The position numbers were made by a program, and so were the translations under genes. The notes beneath the pieces are model-generated. The model saw only the letters and a program-made list of their open reading frames with translations. It was not told where the DNA came from and did not search any database. A stretch of DNA of 64,000 nucleotides from Polyangiaceae bacterium (GTDB lineage: Bacteria > Myxococcota_A > Polyangia > Polyangiales > Polyangiaceae). Positions 10,401-18,686 of this stretch are shown one piece after another (the first letter of the stretch is position 1; the number at the start of each line of letters is the position of its first letter). The DNA is taken from positions 73,618 to 137,617 of the forward strand of contig DASYBG010000008.1 in NCBI GenBank assembly GCA_036500865.1, in the 5' to 3' direction.

Positions 10401-12805
10401 GCGCTCATCGAGTAGACGTCGTAGGCGAGTACGAACGACGTCTCCCAAGCGTTCGGCGGGAGCACGCTCCGCGCCACCTTCAGCAGCTTGAACGCAGGCG
10501 CGTAGGCGACCGACGCGTTGGCCTTGCGCGCGGCGGCGAGGTTCAGCGACGAAAGATCGAGGCGCTGCGCATCGTTTTCAAGGAGCGTCGCGCCTTCGTT
10601 CAGGTGTTGGACGATCGCGATGAGGCGCTCGTCGCGCTTGGCCGGCGGCGTTCGCTCGACCAGGAGCCGCCCGATGCGGAGATGCTCGCGCTTGCGGTCC
10701 GCCTCCGGGATGAGCGCGTAAGCGGCCTGCTGCACGCGGTCGTGCTGGAACTGATACTGCCCGTCGAAGGGGACGGTGTCGGTCAGCGCGCCCTCGTCCT
10801 TGCCGCGTCCCAGGCGGTAGTCGTCGCTCACGCGGAGCAGCAGGCCTTCGCGGACGGCCTGCGAGAGTCCTTCGGCGGCGGCCGACGGCGTCCCCTCGGC
10901 CACGATCGCGAGCGTCTCGAGGTCGAAGCTCGCGCCCAGGCAGGCGGCGAGACGGAGCCACGCCTGCGTCTCGGGTGACAAGTCGAGGAGCCGCCGGAGC
11001 ATGAGATCGACGGCGTCCCCGCCGGTCACGCGCCGGATGCGGTCGAGGTCCCACACCCAGGCGCCGCGGTCGGCGTCGAAGAAGATCCCGCCGTCGCGGC
11101 TGAGCCGACAGAGCAGCTCCCCGAGCACGAGCGGGTTGCCATGGGCCTTGTCGCACATGACCTTCGCGAGCTCGATCGTCTGCGGGTGGCTCGCCGTCGA
11201 GAGGGCCTCGCGGAGGAGACCGCTCACGACCGCGGGCTCGAGCGGCGTCAGTCGGATGGCCTCGACCGATTGCGTCCGCGCGATCTCCGAGAGCAGCGCC
11301 GTCAGCGGGTGCCGCTCGTCCACCTCGTCGTGGCGGTAGGCACCGATGAGGAGAAAGGACCCGCCGGGCCGATCGGCGAAGAGGCGCTTGAGGAGCGACA
11401 GCGTCGGCGCGTTCGACCACTGCAAGTCGTCGAGGAAGATCACGAGCGGGTGATCGCTCCTCGCAAAGGTGCGAACGAGCGAGGTGACCGTCGCCTGGAA
11501 CCGATTCTGCTCTTCGACCGGGTTGCCGGGTGCCACGGGCGGCTGCGGGCCGATGACGCGCTCGATGGCCGGGACGAGGTCGACGATGAGCTGCCCGTTC
11601 GGCGCCAGGGCCTCGCGGAGCTCCTCGGCCCAGCGGGCCAGGCTCTCCTCGGGCTCCGACAGGAGTTGCACGACGAGCTGACGAAACGCCTCCGCGAGGG
11701 CCTGGTACGGCGCGTGGCGCTCGGACTGGTCGAACTTGCCCTCGGCGAAGTAGCCGTTCAGCTGCGAGATCGTGCGCCGGCACTCGTTGACCAACGCGCT
11801 CTTGCCGATCCCGGCCTCCCCCGAGACCATGACGACGCGCGTAGCCCCGCCGGCGACCTCGTGGAACGCGCGCTGGAGCGTCTGCACTTCGACCTCGCGC
11901 CCGAAGAGGCGCTGCGGGAGCTGAAGCTGACTCTCGGCGTCGCGGCGGCCCAGCGGGAAAAGGTCGATCGCTCCTTTCGCCGCCCAACGCCTCTGGCACT
12001 CTTCGAGGTCGCTGAGGAGCCCGCGCGCGCTCTGGTAGCGGTCTTCCGGGTTCTTCGCCATGAGGCGCAGCACGATGCGCGAGAGCACCTCGGGACACTC
12101 GGGGGCGATCTCGTGGGGCGAGCGCGGCTGCCGGCTCAGGTGGGCGTAGATCCACTCGCCGCGGTCCTTCGCCGCGAACGGCTGCCGCCCCGTCAGGAGC
12201 TCGTAGAACATCGCCCCCAGCGAGTAGAGGTCGGCCCGCTGATCGAAATCGCGGTTCATGCGCCCGCTGGTCTCGGGCGCCACGTAGGGCAGGGACGTCT
12301 CCGGGAGGTCCTCGGGGAACATCCGGCGCGCCTCCCGACGTATCTCCGACGACGCGCCGAAGTCGATGAGCCGGAGGTCGTGCGTCGTCGGGTTCCACAG
12401 CACGTTGGCGGGGCTCACGTCCCCGTGCACGACCTGCAGATGCACGTGCGCGAGGACGCGAGTGACGGCGAGAGCGATCGCGAAGAACGTGTCTAGATGG
12501 ACGGCCGCGTCCTGCCGGGTCTGCCCCGCGAGGGACGTGCCGCCGAAGTCCTCTTGGACGAGCGCGAGGCCGTTGCCCCAAGGCTCGAGCGCGTACACGT
12601 CGATGATACCGGGCGCGCGGAGCTGCCGGGCCACGCGAAACTCCCGCCGGAGCTGGGCCGAGTCGCGCGGGCGCGGGTAGTCGCCGCCGAGGAGCTTGAT
12701 GACCACGCGGACGTCATCGGCGGTGCGCACGCCGCGATGGATGGTCGTCCGCGACGATTGGTAGAGAGTCTCGTTGAGCTCGTACTTTGCGACCGAGCCT
12801 TGCAT
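7481..12805 (-). CDS. multidomain signalling protein: Ser/Thr kinase - P-loop NTPase - helical/TPR-like region - GAF - class III adenylate/guanylate cyclase (1774 aa)
   Basis: ATG at 12805 (MQGSVAKYELNETLY). Kinase motifs: VVIKLL, VVHGDVSPANVL, IDFGAS, YVAPE. Walker A GEAGIGKSALV. A GAF-like block follows. The cyclase has VLFSDIRGFT, GDAIMALF, IGLNTG, GDTVNVASRIE. Confidence 0.93.
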   Translation of the reverse strand: MQGSVAKYELNETLYQSSRTTIHRGVRTADDVRVVIKLLGGDYPRPRDSAQLRREFRVARQLRAPGIIDVYALEPWGNGLALVQEDFGGTSLAGQTRQDAAVHLDTFFAIALAVTRVLAHVHLQVVHGDVSPANVLWNPTTHDLRLIDFGASSEIRREARRMFPEDLPETSLPYVAPETSGRMNRDFDQRADLYSLGAMFYELLTGRQPFAAKDRGEWIYAHLSRQPRSPHEIAPECPEVLSRIVLRLMAKNPEDRYQSARGLLSDLEECQRRWAAKGAIDLFPLGRRDAESQLQLPQRLFGREVEVQTLQRAFHEVAGGATRVVMVSGEAGIGKSALVNECRRTISQLNGYFAEGKFDQSERHAPYQALAEAFRQLVVQLLSEPEESLARWAEELREALAPNGQLIVDLVPAIERVIGPQPPVAPGNPVEEQNRFQATVTSLVRTFARSDHPLVIFLDDLQWSNAPTLSLLKRLFADRPGGSFLLIGAYRHDEVDERHPLTALLSEIARTQSVEAIRLTPLEPAVVSGLLREALSTASHPQTIELAKVMCDKAHGNPLVLGELLCRLSRDGGIFFDADRGAWVWDLDRIRRVTGGDAVDLMLRRLLDLSPETQAWLRLAACLGASFDLETLAIVAEGTPSAAAEGLSQAVREGLLLRVSDDYRLGRGKDEGALTDTVPFDGQYQFQHDRVQQAAYALIPEADRKREHLRIGRLLVERTPPAKRDERLIAIVQHLNEGATLLENDAQRLDLSSLNLAAARKANASVAYAPAFKLLKVARSVLPPNAWETSFVLAYDVYSMSAASAYLVGELGEAAALCQDLLHRARTRLEKAQVFAMQLTQLTYCDRMEEAIDAGLRGLRLLGIRVGANPTTATIVKELLLAKAALGGRPVAELENAAEITDPEVRLCMRILIDFIPPAYLTGNDRLFAAVVLKQVRLSLRHGGGAESAAAYASYVVLLAGLGDLKSANAFGQLAVRLTERYKATESRCRNLVLSALFGQSWSRPWRELRPCFQEAVRAGLESGDLLFAAYACGWIHLWDPDLDVRTAWDEGRKYLGTIAKTDYQNARDAAELSQQFWTNLLGHTKDRLSLSDDQFDEEACQARMARVRNVSGGGIHALYRIQICLFYEEPERGFDVIRRARGLVRALAGSPYMVEYCLHAFLVCASIPDGGTDRRAARRHLRRLHGMMRKWARHNQENFGQYLVLMDAEWARLTGDVAGATRLYDAAVTAARKGAFARYEALANERAAHFFVGQGSDRIAAVYMREARYHYARWGAAAKVEFLDERYGRLLGGVPESHEDDSSPRSGTGGSTLDLATVLNASQTISEEVILERLLERLAAIVRENAGATRVSLLLREQEGLPLLVQAETREGGPTEVMQRHPLERADLPLTIIRYVDRSGEPLVLADAAREREFIDDPYFRDHAARSMLALPIVHRGEALGVLYLENDLASGAFTDERLTTLRMLSSQAAISIQNARLYEHVQKMVDSFSRFVPREFLRSLGRSQFLDIKLGESVQKVMTVLFSDIRGFTTLVERMSPTENIDFLNAYIAHMEPPILAHGGFVDSYVGDAIMALFDRSPSDAVDAAAAMVRAVDAFNTQRSASHDRPIAIGIGLNTGMLTLGTIGGAERLKCGVIGDTVNVASRIEGLTKRYRVPLLVSGETRDRLVPRIRTHTRFLDRVRVAGHAEPIDMYEVFDADPPLVRVAKAEASARWQGALDLYYARHFAEATRAFGALREKLFDDHPSALFEERSRRFAVDPPAEEWSGVEVLSEK
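7718..8251 (-). other. class III nucleotidyl cyclase catalytic domain
   Basis: About aa 1519-1696. The metal-binding Asp residues (FSDIRGFT, GDAIM) and the Asn/Arg of VNVASR are present. Confidence 0.85.
8369..8812 (-). other. GAF-like domain of the 1774-aa protein
   Basis: About aa 1332-1479: LERLAAIVRENAGATRVSLLLRE...ARSMLALPIVHRGEALGVLYLEN...LRMLSSQAAISIQNARLYE. Typical GAF topology signature; boundaries approximate. Confidence 0.65.
11798..11821 (-). other. Walker A P-loop (GEAGIGKS) of the NTPase module
   Basis: aa 329-336, by direct count from the N-terminus. Confidence 0.8.
12011..12787 (-). other. Hanks-type kinase domain of the 1774-aa protein
   Basis: About aa 7-265. The catalytic loop reads HGD rather than HRD; DFG and APE are present. 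Confidence 0.8.
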
Positions 12806-12836
12806 CGCGCTCCGCGAGGTCCTCGCGGGACCTCAG

Positions 12837-13814
12837 CTACAGCCATCCATTCTCGCGGTACCACTTTACCGCTCTTCCCACGCCCTCGGAAAAGGGAACC
12901 TTCGGCTCCCACCCGAGCTCCCGGCGCGTGTCCTCGGAAGAACACACCCAGTGCTGTAGGAGCATGTTGGCCTTTTCGCGCGTGAGCATGACCGGGCGGT
13001 TCGTCACGCGCCCGATGGCCTCGAGGCCGCGGGCGACGGTCATGAAGAGGGGGACAGGAAGGTTCGCCCGCACGAGGGCGCGCTTGCCGAGCGCCCGCTC
13101 CGCACCGGCCAGCATCTCGCGCTGTGCGATCGGGCCGCCCCCGTCGTCGACGAAGTAAACCCGCCCGCTGGGCACGTCCGCGTCGATCGCTCGGATGCAC
13201 GCGTCCGCGCAATCGGTCGCGTAAATCCACATCCCTTTGGCCTCTCCGCCCGCCACGAGCGGGAGGAGGCCGCGCTGGATCGACTTGAACGCCTCGAGGA
13301 TCTCCCCGTCACGCGGACCGTAGATCGCGCCCGGCCGAAGAATGACGACAGGCACCTGGTCCCGCGCCGACAAGACCACCTTCTCCGCCGCGAGCTTGCT
13401 CCGGCCGTACGCCGTCACCGGCTCCTCTTGTTCGGACGGCACGGGCTTGCCGTCGAACGACGGACCGCAGGCCTCGAGGCTCGACACGAAGACGAACCGC
13501 TTGAGCCCGCGCCCCCGCGCCGCCTCCACGAGGTTCGACGTTCCGCCGACGTTCACGGCGAAGAACTCGTCGGTCGATCGGGCCTTGATGAGCCCCGCGG
13601 CATGGACGATCGCGTCCACCCCCTCGACCGCCTCGCGCACGCGGTCGATCTGCTCGACGCTCCCCTCGAACAGCTCCACGTTGGGCAGCCGCTCGAGGTA
13701 TCGCCGGTTCGACGTCGCGCGAACGAGCGCGCGCACGTGGTCTCCGCGTCTCGACAGAACTTCGGCGACGTGTCCGCCGAGAAAACCGCTCGCGCCCGTG
13801 ACCAGGATTTTCAT
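12837..13814 (-). CDS. NAD-dependent epimerase/dehydratase (extended SDR)
   Basis: MKILVTGASGFLGGHV Rossmann GxxGxxG; catalytic YGRSK (YxxxK). Confidence 0.88.
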   Translation of the reverse strand: MKILVTGASGFLGGHVAEVLSRRGDHVRALVRATSNRRYLERLPNVELFEGSVEQIDRVREAVEGVDAIVHAAGLIKARSTDEFFAVNVGGTSNLVEAARGRGLKRFVFVSSLEACGPSFDGKPVPSEQEEPVTAYGRSKLAAEKVVLSARDQVPVVILRPGAIYGPRDGEILEAFKSIQRGLLPLVAGGEAKGMWIYATDCADACIRAIDADVPSGRVYFVDDGGGPIAQREMLAGAERALGKRALVRANLPVPLFMTVARGLEAIGRVTNRPVMLTREKANMLLQHWVCSSEDTRRELGWEPKVPFSEGVGRAVKWYRENGWL

Positions 13815-13823
13815 GGCTCGTCT

Positions 13824-14981
13824 TCAGTTGCCGTTCGCGTCGACGAGCGGCTTCTCGTAGACGCGGTACTTCTTGTAGAGCTTCGCGCCCATCAGTTGGA
13901 TGCCGGCGTTGACGCGTCCGTTGTCCTCGAGGGTCCAGCCGAGCTCCCCCCGATCGATCCCGAGCTTCTTGCCGCCGTCGTTCATCCACGCGTACATGAA
14001 CGCGCTGAGGCCCGCGTACTTGCGTGTCGTGCGCCACTTCTTCCGGATGCCGAGGAAGACGAGGCGCGCGCTCTTCGGGCCGGTCACCTTGAGTCGCCAG
14101 AGGAGCTTCGGCAGGCCGAGCGGAAAGAGCTTCCCGCCCATGTCGCGTACGAGCTCGTTCAAGTTGGGCACCGCGAGCGCCACCGCGGCGGGCTCGCCGT
14201 CGATGCTCACGATGCAGGTGATCTCGGGCATGATGAGAAACTTGTAGTCCGCCGCCATCTTGCGGACCTCGGTCTGCGTGAACGGGACGAAGCCCCAGTT
14301 CTCGCTCCAGCAGTCGTTGAAGATCTCGACGAAGAGGCCGATGTCGCGCTCGAGGTGCTTGAGCGAGAGCGGCCGCGCGGAGACCTCGGGGAGGGCTTTG
14401 ATCTCGTCGACGCCGCGTTGCACGCGCTTGTTCGGATCGCCGACCGTGTAGCTCCACGCGAAGAAGTCTTTCACCTTGGCGTAGCCCGCGCGTTCGATGA
14501 GCCCGCCCTGGTAGGGCCGGTGGTGCGGCATCGCGACGTAGGGCGGCGTGTCGAAGCCCTCGACGAGGCAGCCGACCTCTTCGTTCATGTTGAGCGACAC
14601 GGGGCCGCGCGCGCGCGCCATCCCTTTGCTGCGCAGCCAGCGCTCCGCGCGGTCGAAAAGCGCGAGGGCGACCTCGGGGTCGTCGATCGTGTCGAAAAAA
14701 CCGAAGAAGCCCGTCTGATCGCCGCGCAGGCGCAGGTGCTCGTGATCGATTTGCGCGGTCGTGCGGCCCACGCACGTGTTGTCGCGGTACGCGCAGAACA
14801 TCGCGCCTTCGCCGTGTTCGAAGAACGGGTTCTTGCGCGGGCTCAGCTGGTCTTTGACGAGCATGTCGAGCGGCCGCACGTACGCGGGGTCCTGCTCGTA
14901 GATCCGATCGACGACGCCGAGGAAGTCGTCGAACGGACCGGTCATGGGCATCTGCCGTACGTCGAGTCGGGCGCTGGCCAT
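13824..14981 (-). CDS. GNAT-fold N-acetyltransferase-like protein (385 aa)
   Basis: RPLDMLVKDQLSPRKNPFFEHGEGAMFCAYRDNTCVGRTTAQIDHEH resembles a roughly 390-aa bacterial family usually annotated as N-acetyltransferase. This is a recollection, not a search result. An alternative start at MPMTG is possible. Confidence 0.5.
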   Translation of the reverse strand: MASARLDVRQMPMTGPFDDFLGVVDRIYEQDPAYVRPLDMLVKDQLSPRKNPFFEHGEGAMFCAYRDNTCVGRTTAQIDHEHLRLRGDQTGFFGFFDTIDDPEVALALFDRAERWLRSKGMARARGPVSLNMNEEVGCLVEGFDTPPYVAMPHHRPYQGGLIERAGYAKVKDFFAWSYTVGDPNKRVQRGVDEIKALPEVSARPLSLKHLERDIGLFVEIFNDCWSENWGFVPFTQTEVRKMAADYKFLIMPEITCIVSIDGEPAAVALAVPNLNELVRDMGGKLFPLGLPKLLWRLKVTGPKSARLVFLGIRKKWRTTRKYAGLSAFMYAWMNDGGKKLGIDRGELGWTLEDNGRVNAGIQLMGAKLYKKYRVYEKPLVDANGN

Positions 14982-15017
14982 TGGCCAGAGCGTTAGCCGA
15001 TCCGCGCCCCTGGCGCG

Positions 15018-16436
15018 CTACTTTTTCAGGGCGGCGTAGCGGTACGTTTCGCCCCGCCGGACGCGCAAGAGAAGGGACCCGGCGCGGGCCGCGTCCGCGA
15101 CTTGCGCCGAGTTCGGATCGGCGACCCCGTTGGCCTCGACGATGACGTCTCCCGCCCGCAGACCCTCGCGGTCGGCCGCGGATCCCGGTGTCACCTGCGT
15201 GACGACGGGGAGAGGCTTTTCGGGCAAGCCCATTTGCGCGGCTTGTTGCGGGGCGAGGTCGCGCACCACCAAACCGAGCCCCTGGTGCGGGAGCGCTTGC
15301 TGCTGCGCGGGCACGGGTTTGGTCGGCGCCTCGGGCCGCTCCGACAGCGTCACCGTCGCTCCGTAGTGCTGGCCGCCGCGGACGATCTCGAGCTGCGCCG
15401 GCTGGCCGGCGTCGTGGGAAATCGCCTCGCGCACGAGGTCCGTCCCGTCCCTGACCGTGTGGCCGCCGAAGGCCGCGATGACGTCGCCCGGACGCACGTT
15501 CGCGCGGTAGGCCGGTCCCTCGGGGGCCACGTTGTTCACGAGGGCGCCCGCGCCCGGCGGCAGGTGCATCGCCGCCGCGATCTCGGGGGTGACGTCTTGC
15601 ACGCTCACGCCGAGCCACGAGCGTGACACGTGCCCCGCCTTGAGGATCTGCAAGGCCACCCGCTGCGCCATGTTGCTCGGCACGGCGAAGCCGATGCCTT
15701 GCCCGCGCCCGACGATCATCGTGTTGATCCCGAGCACTTCGCCCGAAAGGTTGCAGAGGGGGCCGCCCGAGTTGCCGGGGTTGATGCTCGCGTCGGTCTG
15801 GAGGTAGTCCTCGATGTCGTTCATCCCGAGGCCCCCGCGGCCCTTCGCCGAGAGGACACCCGCGGTGACCGTATACCCGAGGCCGAAGGGCGATCCGATG
15901 GCGACCACCCATTCGCCCACGCGCGCCGCCTCGGAGTCCGCGAACTTGGCCGGCACGAGGCCGGTCGCGTCGATCTTGACGACCGCGAGGTCGGTCGCCG
16001 GATCGCGCCCCACGAGGCGCGCGGCGAGGTAGCGGCCGTCGCGGAGGCGGACGTTGATGGTGAGGGCGTCCTCGACGACGTGGTTGTTCGTCAGGATGGC
16101 GCCGTCGGGCGTGAACACGACGCCTGAGCCCATGCCGCGCGCGACGGGCTCGTCGCCGCCCCGGCCGAAGAAGCGCGAGACCGCGTCCGCCTTCTCGTCG
16201 CGCTCCGTGACGTCGATCTGGACGACGCTGGGGCTCACCCGATCGGCCACCGCCACGAACCCGTCGGACAGGCGTTTGGCCTCCACCGTCGACGCCTGCA
16301 CTTGCTGCGGCGTCGGCTGCACGACGGCGGGCACTGGGCGCGGCGGCGCGGGGGCGGGCTGTGCGAGCGCGACCGGCGAGACCGACGCGACGACGAGCGC
16401 GGCGGTGAAGGCGACGACGCTGCGGGGAGAGTTCAT
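15018..16436 (-). CDS. htrA: periplasmic serine endoprotease, HtrA/DegP/DegQ family, two PDZ domains
   Basis: Signal peptide MNSPRSVVAFTAALVVASVSPVALA. Catalytic triad context: TNNHVV, DLAVVKI, GNSGGPL. Two PDZ-like C-terminal blocks. Confidence 0.93.
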   Translation of the reverse strand: MNSPRSVVAFTAALVVASVSPVALAQPAPAPPRPVPAVVQPTPQQVQASTVEAKRLSDGFVAVADRVSPSVVQIDVTERDEKADAVSRFFGRGGDEPVARGMGSGVVFTPDGAILTNNHVVEDALTINVRLRDGRYLAARLVGRDPATDLAVVKIDATGLVPAKFADSEAARVGEWVVAIGSPFGLGYTVTAGVLSAKGRGGLGMNDIEDYLQTDASINPGNSGGPLCNLSGEVLGINTMIVGRGQGIGFAVPSNMAQRVALQILKAGHVSRSWLGVSVQDVTPEIAAAMHLPPGAGALVNNVAPEGPAYRANVRPGDVIAAFGGHTVRDGTDLVREAISHDAGQPAQLEIVRGGQHYGATVTLSERPEAPTKPVPAQQQALPHQGLGLVVRDLAPQQAAQMGLPEKPLPVVTQVTPGSAADREGLRAGDVIVEANGVADPNSAQVADAARAGSLLLRVRRGETYRYAALKK

Positions 16437-16479
16437 GCCGTCAGGGTAACCGCCGACCCCACGCAGGCAAACCGTGCCG

Positions 16480-17520
16480 TCAGACGACCTTGGTCACCAC
16501 GTGGGACCAAGGCTGCGCGCCGGTCGCGATGAGCGCCTCGTGCAGTTCGGTCCCGGGCGGCGGCAGGTCCGTGAGCTCGACCTGCGCGGCTCCGCGCGAC
16601 AACGCGAGCTTACACCCGAGCGCGACCAGGGCCGCGAGACCGGGCGCCGCGGCGCACGTGGGGTCGAGGGCGAAGCGCCCGAGGAGGGCGCGCCGCATGG
16701 GAAGGAAGGGCGGCTCGAGGGCGTGCACGGCAAAGCTCGCCGCGCCGCGGACCGTCCCACCCTCATCGACGGCGACGAGCATGGGCGGCTCGCGGAAGGA
16801 CCCGAGAGAATCGCCCGCGAGCTGCGCGGCGATGCTGGCGACGAACGTGGCGTCGAGCGTTCGCGGTCGGCTGAAGCGTGCGTCGCCCCAGGCGCGCCGG
16901 CGCGCAGCCAGCATGGCGTCGAGGTGGGCGAGGGCGAGCGCGTCGCGGGAGAGGGCGGGGCGCGCCGTCAACTCGCTCGACCGGATGGAAGCGCCGGCGG
17001 CGGCCGCGATCCGGGCATTCCAGGCGACCGGTGCATAGCCGACCCGCGCGTAGAACGCGCGCGCCGGGTTGCGCTCGAGGACCTCGGCCGCCAGAACGCA
17101 CGGCTCCCCTTGCGACAGCTTGCGCGCCGCCCCCGCGAGCGTCGACAAGAGCGCCCGCCCCGCGCCGAGCCTGCGCGCCCGCTCGGTCACGATGAGAGAG
17201 CGCACGTCGCACGTGAACGACGGCTGCGCGTCCGCTCCGTGCTGCTCGAACCAGCCCTCCACTTGTCCGCACACGACGCCCCCCGCGTCGGCGACCAGGT
17301 GCACGTGCCGCCCGAGGATCGGCTGCCCCGAGCGGACGCGCGCGTCGTCGTCGAGCCGGTCGGCGAGGAGGGCGTAGACCTGCGGATCCCGCGACCCCGG
17401 ATAGCCGCCCCACGCCTCGTGCGCCTCCCACAGCTCGCGCCAGAGCGACGCGATCGCGCGCCCCTCTCCCGCCATTCCGGCCCGAACCGCAAGGCGCGTC
17501 GACTGCGTCAGGGCGGCCAT
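16480..17520 (-). CDS. GNAT family acetyltransferase (two-lobed, 346 aa)
   Basis: ORF 16480..18231 trimmed to ATG 17520 (MAALTQSTRL). Acetyl-CoA motif A-like RARRLGAGRALL. The start overlaps the truA stop by 13 nt. Confidence 0.65.
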   Translation of the reverse strand: MAALTQSTRLAVRAGMAGEGRAIASLWRELWEAHEAWGGYPGSRDPQVYALLADRLDDDARVRSGQPILGRHVHLVADAGGVVCGQVEGWFEQHGADAQPSFTCDVRSLIVTERARRLGAGRALLSTLAGAARKLSQGEPCVLAAEVLERNPARAFYARVGYAPVAWNARIAAAAGASIRSSELTARPALSRDALALAHLDAMLAARRRAWGDARFSRPRTLDATFVASIAAQLAGDSLGSFREPPMLVAVDEGGTVRGAASFAVHALEPPFLPMRRALLGRFALDPTCAAAPGLAALVALGCKLALSRGAAQVELTDLPPPGTELHEALIATGAQPWSHVVTKVV

Positions 17521-18305
17521 CGTTGCCCCGATTCTTCCGGAAGCGCGAGGTCGACGGTCTCGAGCACGAGGCCGTGCGCGGGCGCGGTCGTCCCGGCGGC
17601 GCGGCGGTCGCGGGCGGGGAGGGCGCGGGCGATGGCGCCGGGCGGGAGCCGGCCGCGGCCTACGTCCACCATCGTCCCGACGAGGATGCGCACCATGTTG
17701 TAGAGAAACGCGTCGCCCTCGACGACGACGGACACGACGCGCGGGTCGCCCTCGCGTTCGACCTCGACCCGCGAGAGCGTGCGGACCGTGGTGGCGCGCT
17801 GGTCGCCCGCGGAGCGGAAGCTCGCGAAATCGTGCGTGCCCACGGCCGCCTCCGCCTCCCGCGCGACGGCGAGCGCGTCGAGCTCGGCGACGCGCCACGC
17901 GCGCGTACGCCAGTGGGGGTCCCGGACGGGATCGACGAGCACCCTGTAACGATAGCGCTTGCCACGGGCCGCGCCGCGAGGCCAAAAGCCGGCCGGGACG
18001 GCGCGGGCCGCGCGCACGGCCACGTCCTCGGGCAGGTGCTGGTTGAGCCCGAGGACCCACCCGCGGGCCGGGATCTCGAGGGTCGTGTCGAACGCGGCGA
18101 TTTGACCCGCGGCGTGGACGCCGGCGTCGGTCCGGCTGGTCCCGCGCACCTCGCTTGCGCGCGGGTCGATGGCGAGCACCGCGCCGGCCAGCGTCTCCTG
18201 GACGGTGCGCGCCCCGATCTGCCGCGCCCACCCGTGAAAGCCCGTGCCGTCGTACGCGACCTCGAGAACGACACCGCCTCGCCGCGTCCCCGCGTCAGTC
18301 GACAC
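17508..18305 (-). CDS. truA: tRNA pseudouridine(38-40) synthase TruA
   Basis: VLEVAYDGTGFHGWARQ and catalytic GTSRTDAGVHA. The start is uncertain. The GTG at 18305 gives a 265-aa product and an 11-nt overlap with the upstream gene, whereas the track start at 18395 would overlap it by 100 nt. Confidence 0.88.
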   Translation of the reverse strand: MSTDAGTRRGGVVLEVAYDGTGFHGWARQIGARTVQETLAGAVLAIDPRASEVRGTSRTDAGVHAAGQIAAFDTTLEIPARGWVLGLNQHLPEDVAVRAARAVPAGFWPRGAARGKRYRYRVLVDPVRDPHWRTRAWRVAELDALAVAREAEAAVGTHDFASFRSAGDQRATTVRTLSRVEVEREGDPRVVSVVVEGDAFLYNMVRILVGTMVDVGRGRLPPGAIARALPARDRRAAGTTAPAHGLVLETVDLALPEESGQRWPP

Positions 18306-18669
18306 TGCCGCCGTCGTCGGTAGCCGAGTCGTCGCCCGCGTCGGGGGACTCGGCCGCCGCGTCCTGGTCGTTCTCGGCGTCGGTCGCCTCTCCATCCTCG
18401 CCGGTTCCGCCCGCGTCGTCGGGCGGCGCCGTGCCCGTCTCGACCGCGCCGGCGGCGTCGGCCACCGGGGTCGTGTTCGCCAACGGGGGCGCCGCGGCGC
18501 AAACGAGCGAGGAGCAGATCCCCGACAGGCAATCGTCGTTCTTCAGGCACTCGTCCCCGAGCGACCGCTGCGTCTCCATGCAGCCGACCGCGAGGATCGC
18601 GGCCGCGACGAGCACCGCCCCGACTCCCGAGGCCCGCGCGCCGCCCCGCTGGACCGAAGCTGTCCGCAT
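18295..18669 (-). CDS. small Cys-containing acidic lipoprotein (124 aa)
   Basis: ATG 18669: MRTASVQRGGARASGVGAVLVAAAILAVGC (lipobox). Then ECLKNDDCLSGICSSLVC and an Asp/Glu/Ala/Gly-rich tail. Confidence 0.6.
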   Translation of the reverse strand: MRTASVQRGGARASGVGAVLVAAAILAVGCMETQRSLGDECLKNDDCLSGICSSLVCAAAPPLANTTPVADAAGAVETGTAPPDDAGGTGEDGEATDAENDQDAAAESPDAGDDSATDDGGSVD

Positions 18670-18686
18670 CGAACCCTCGGCCTCGA

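Noticed and set aside
7481-12805. The P-loop/STAND-like NTPase module of the giant kinase as an antiviral STAND (Avs-like) defence protein.
   Set aside because: There is no nuclease, TIR, protease or other effector domain. The architecture (kinase-NTPase-helical repeats-GAF-cyclase) is that of the large signalling kinases common in myxobacteria, and there are no defence or mobile genes nearby.
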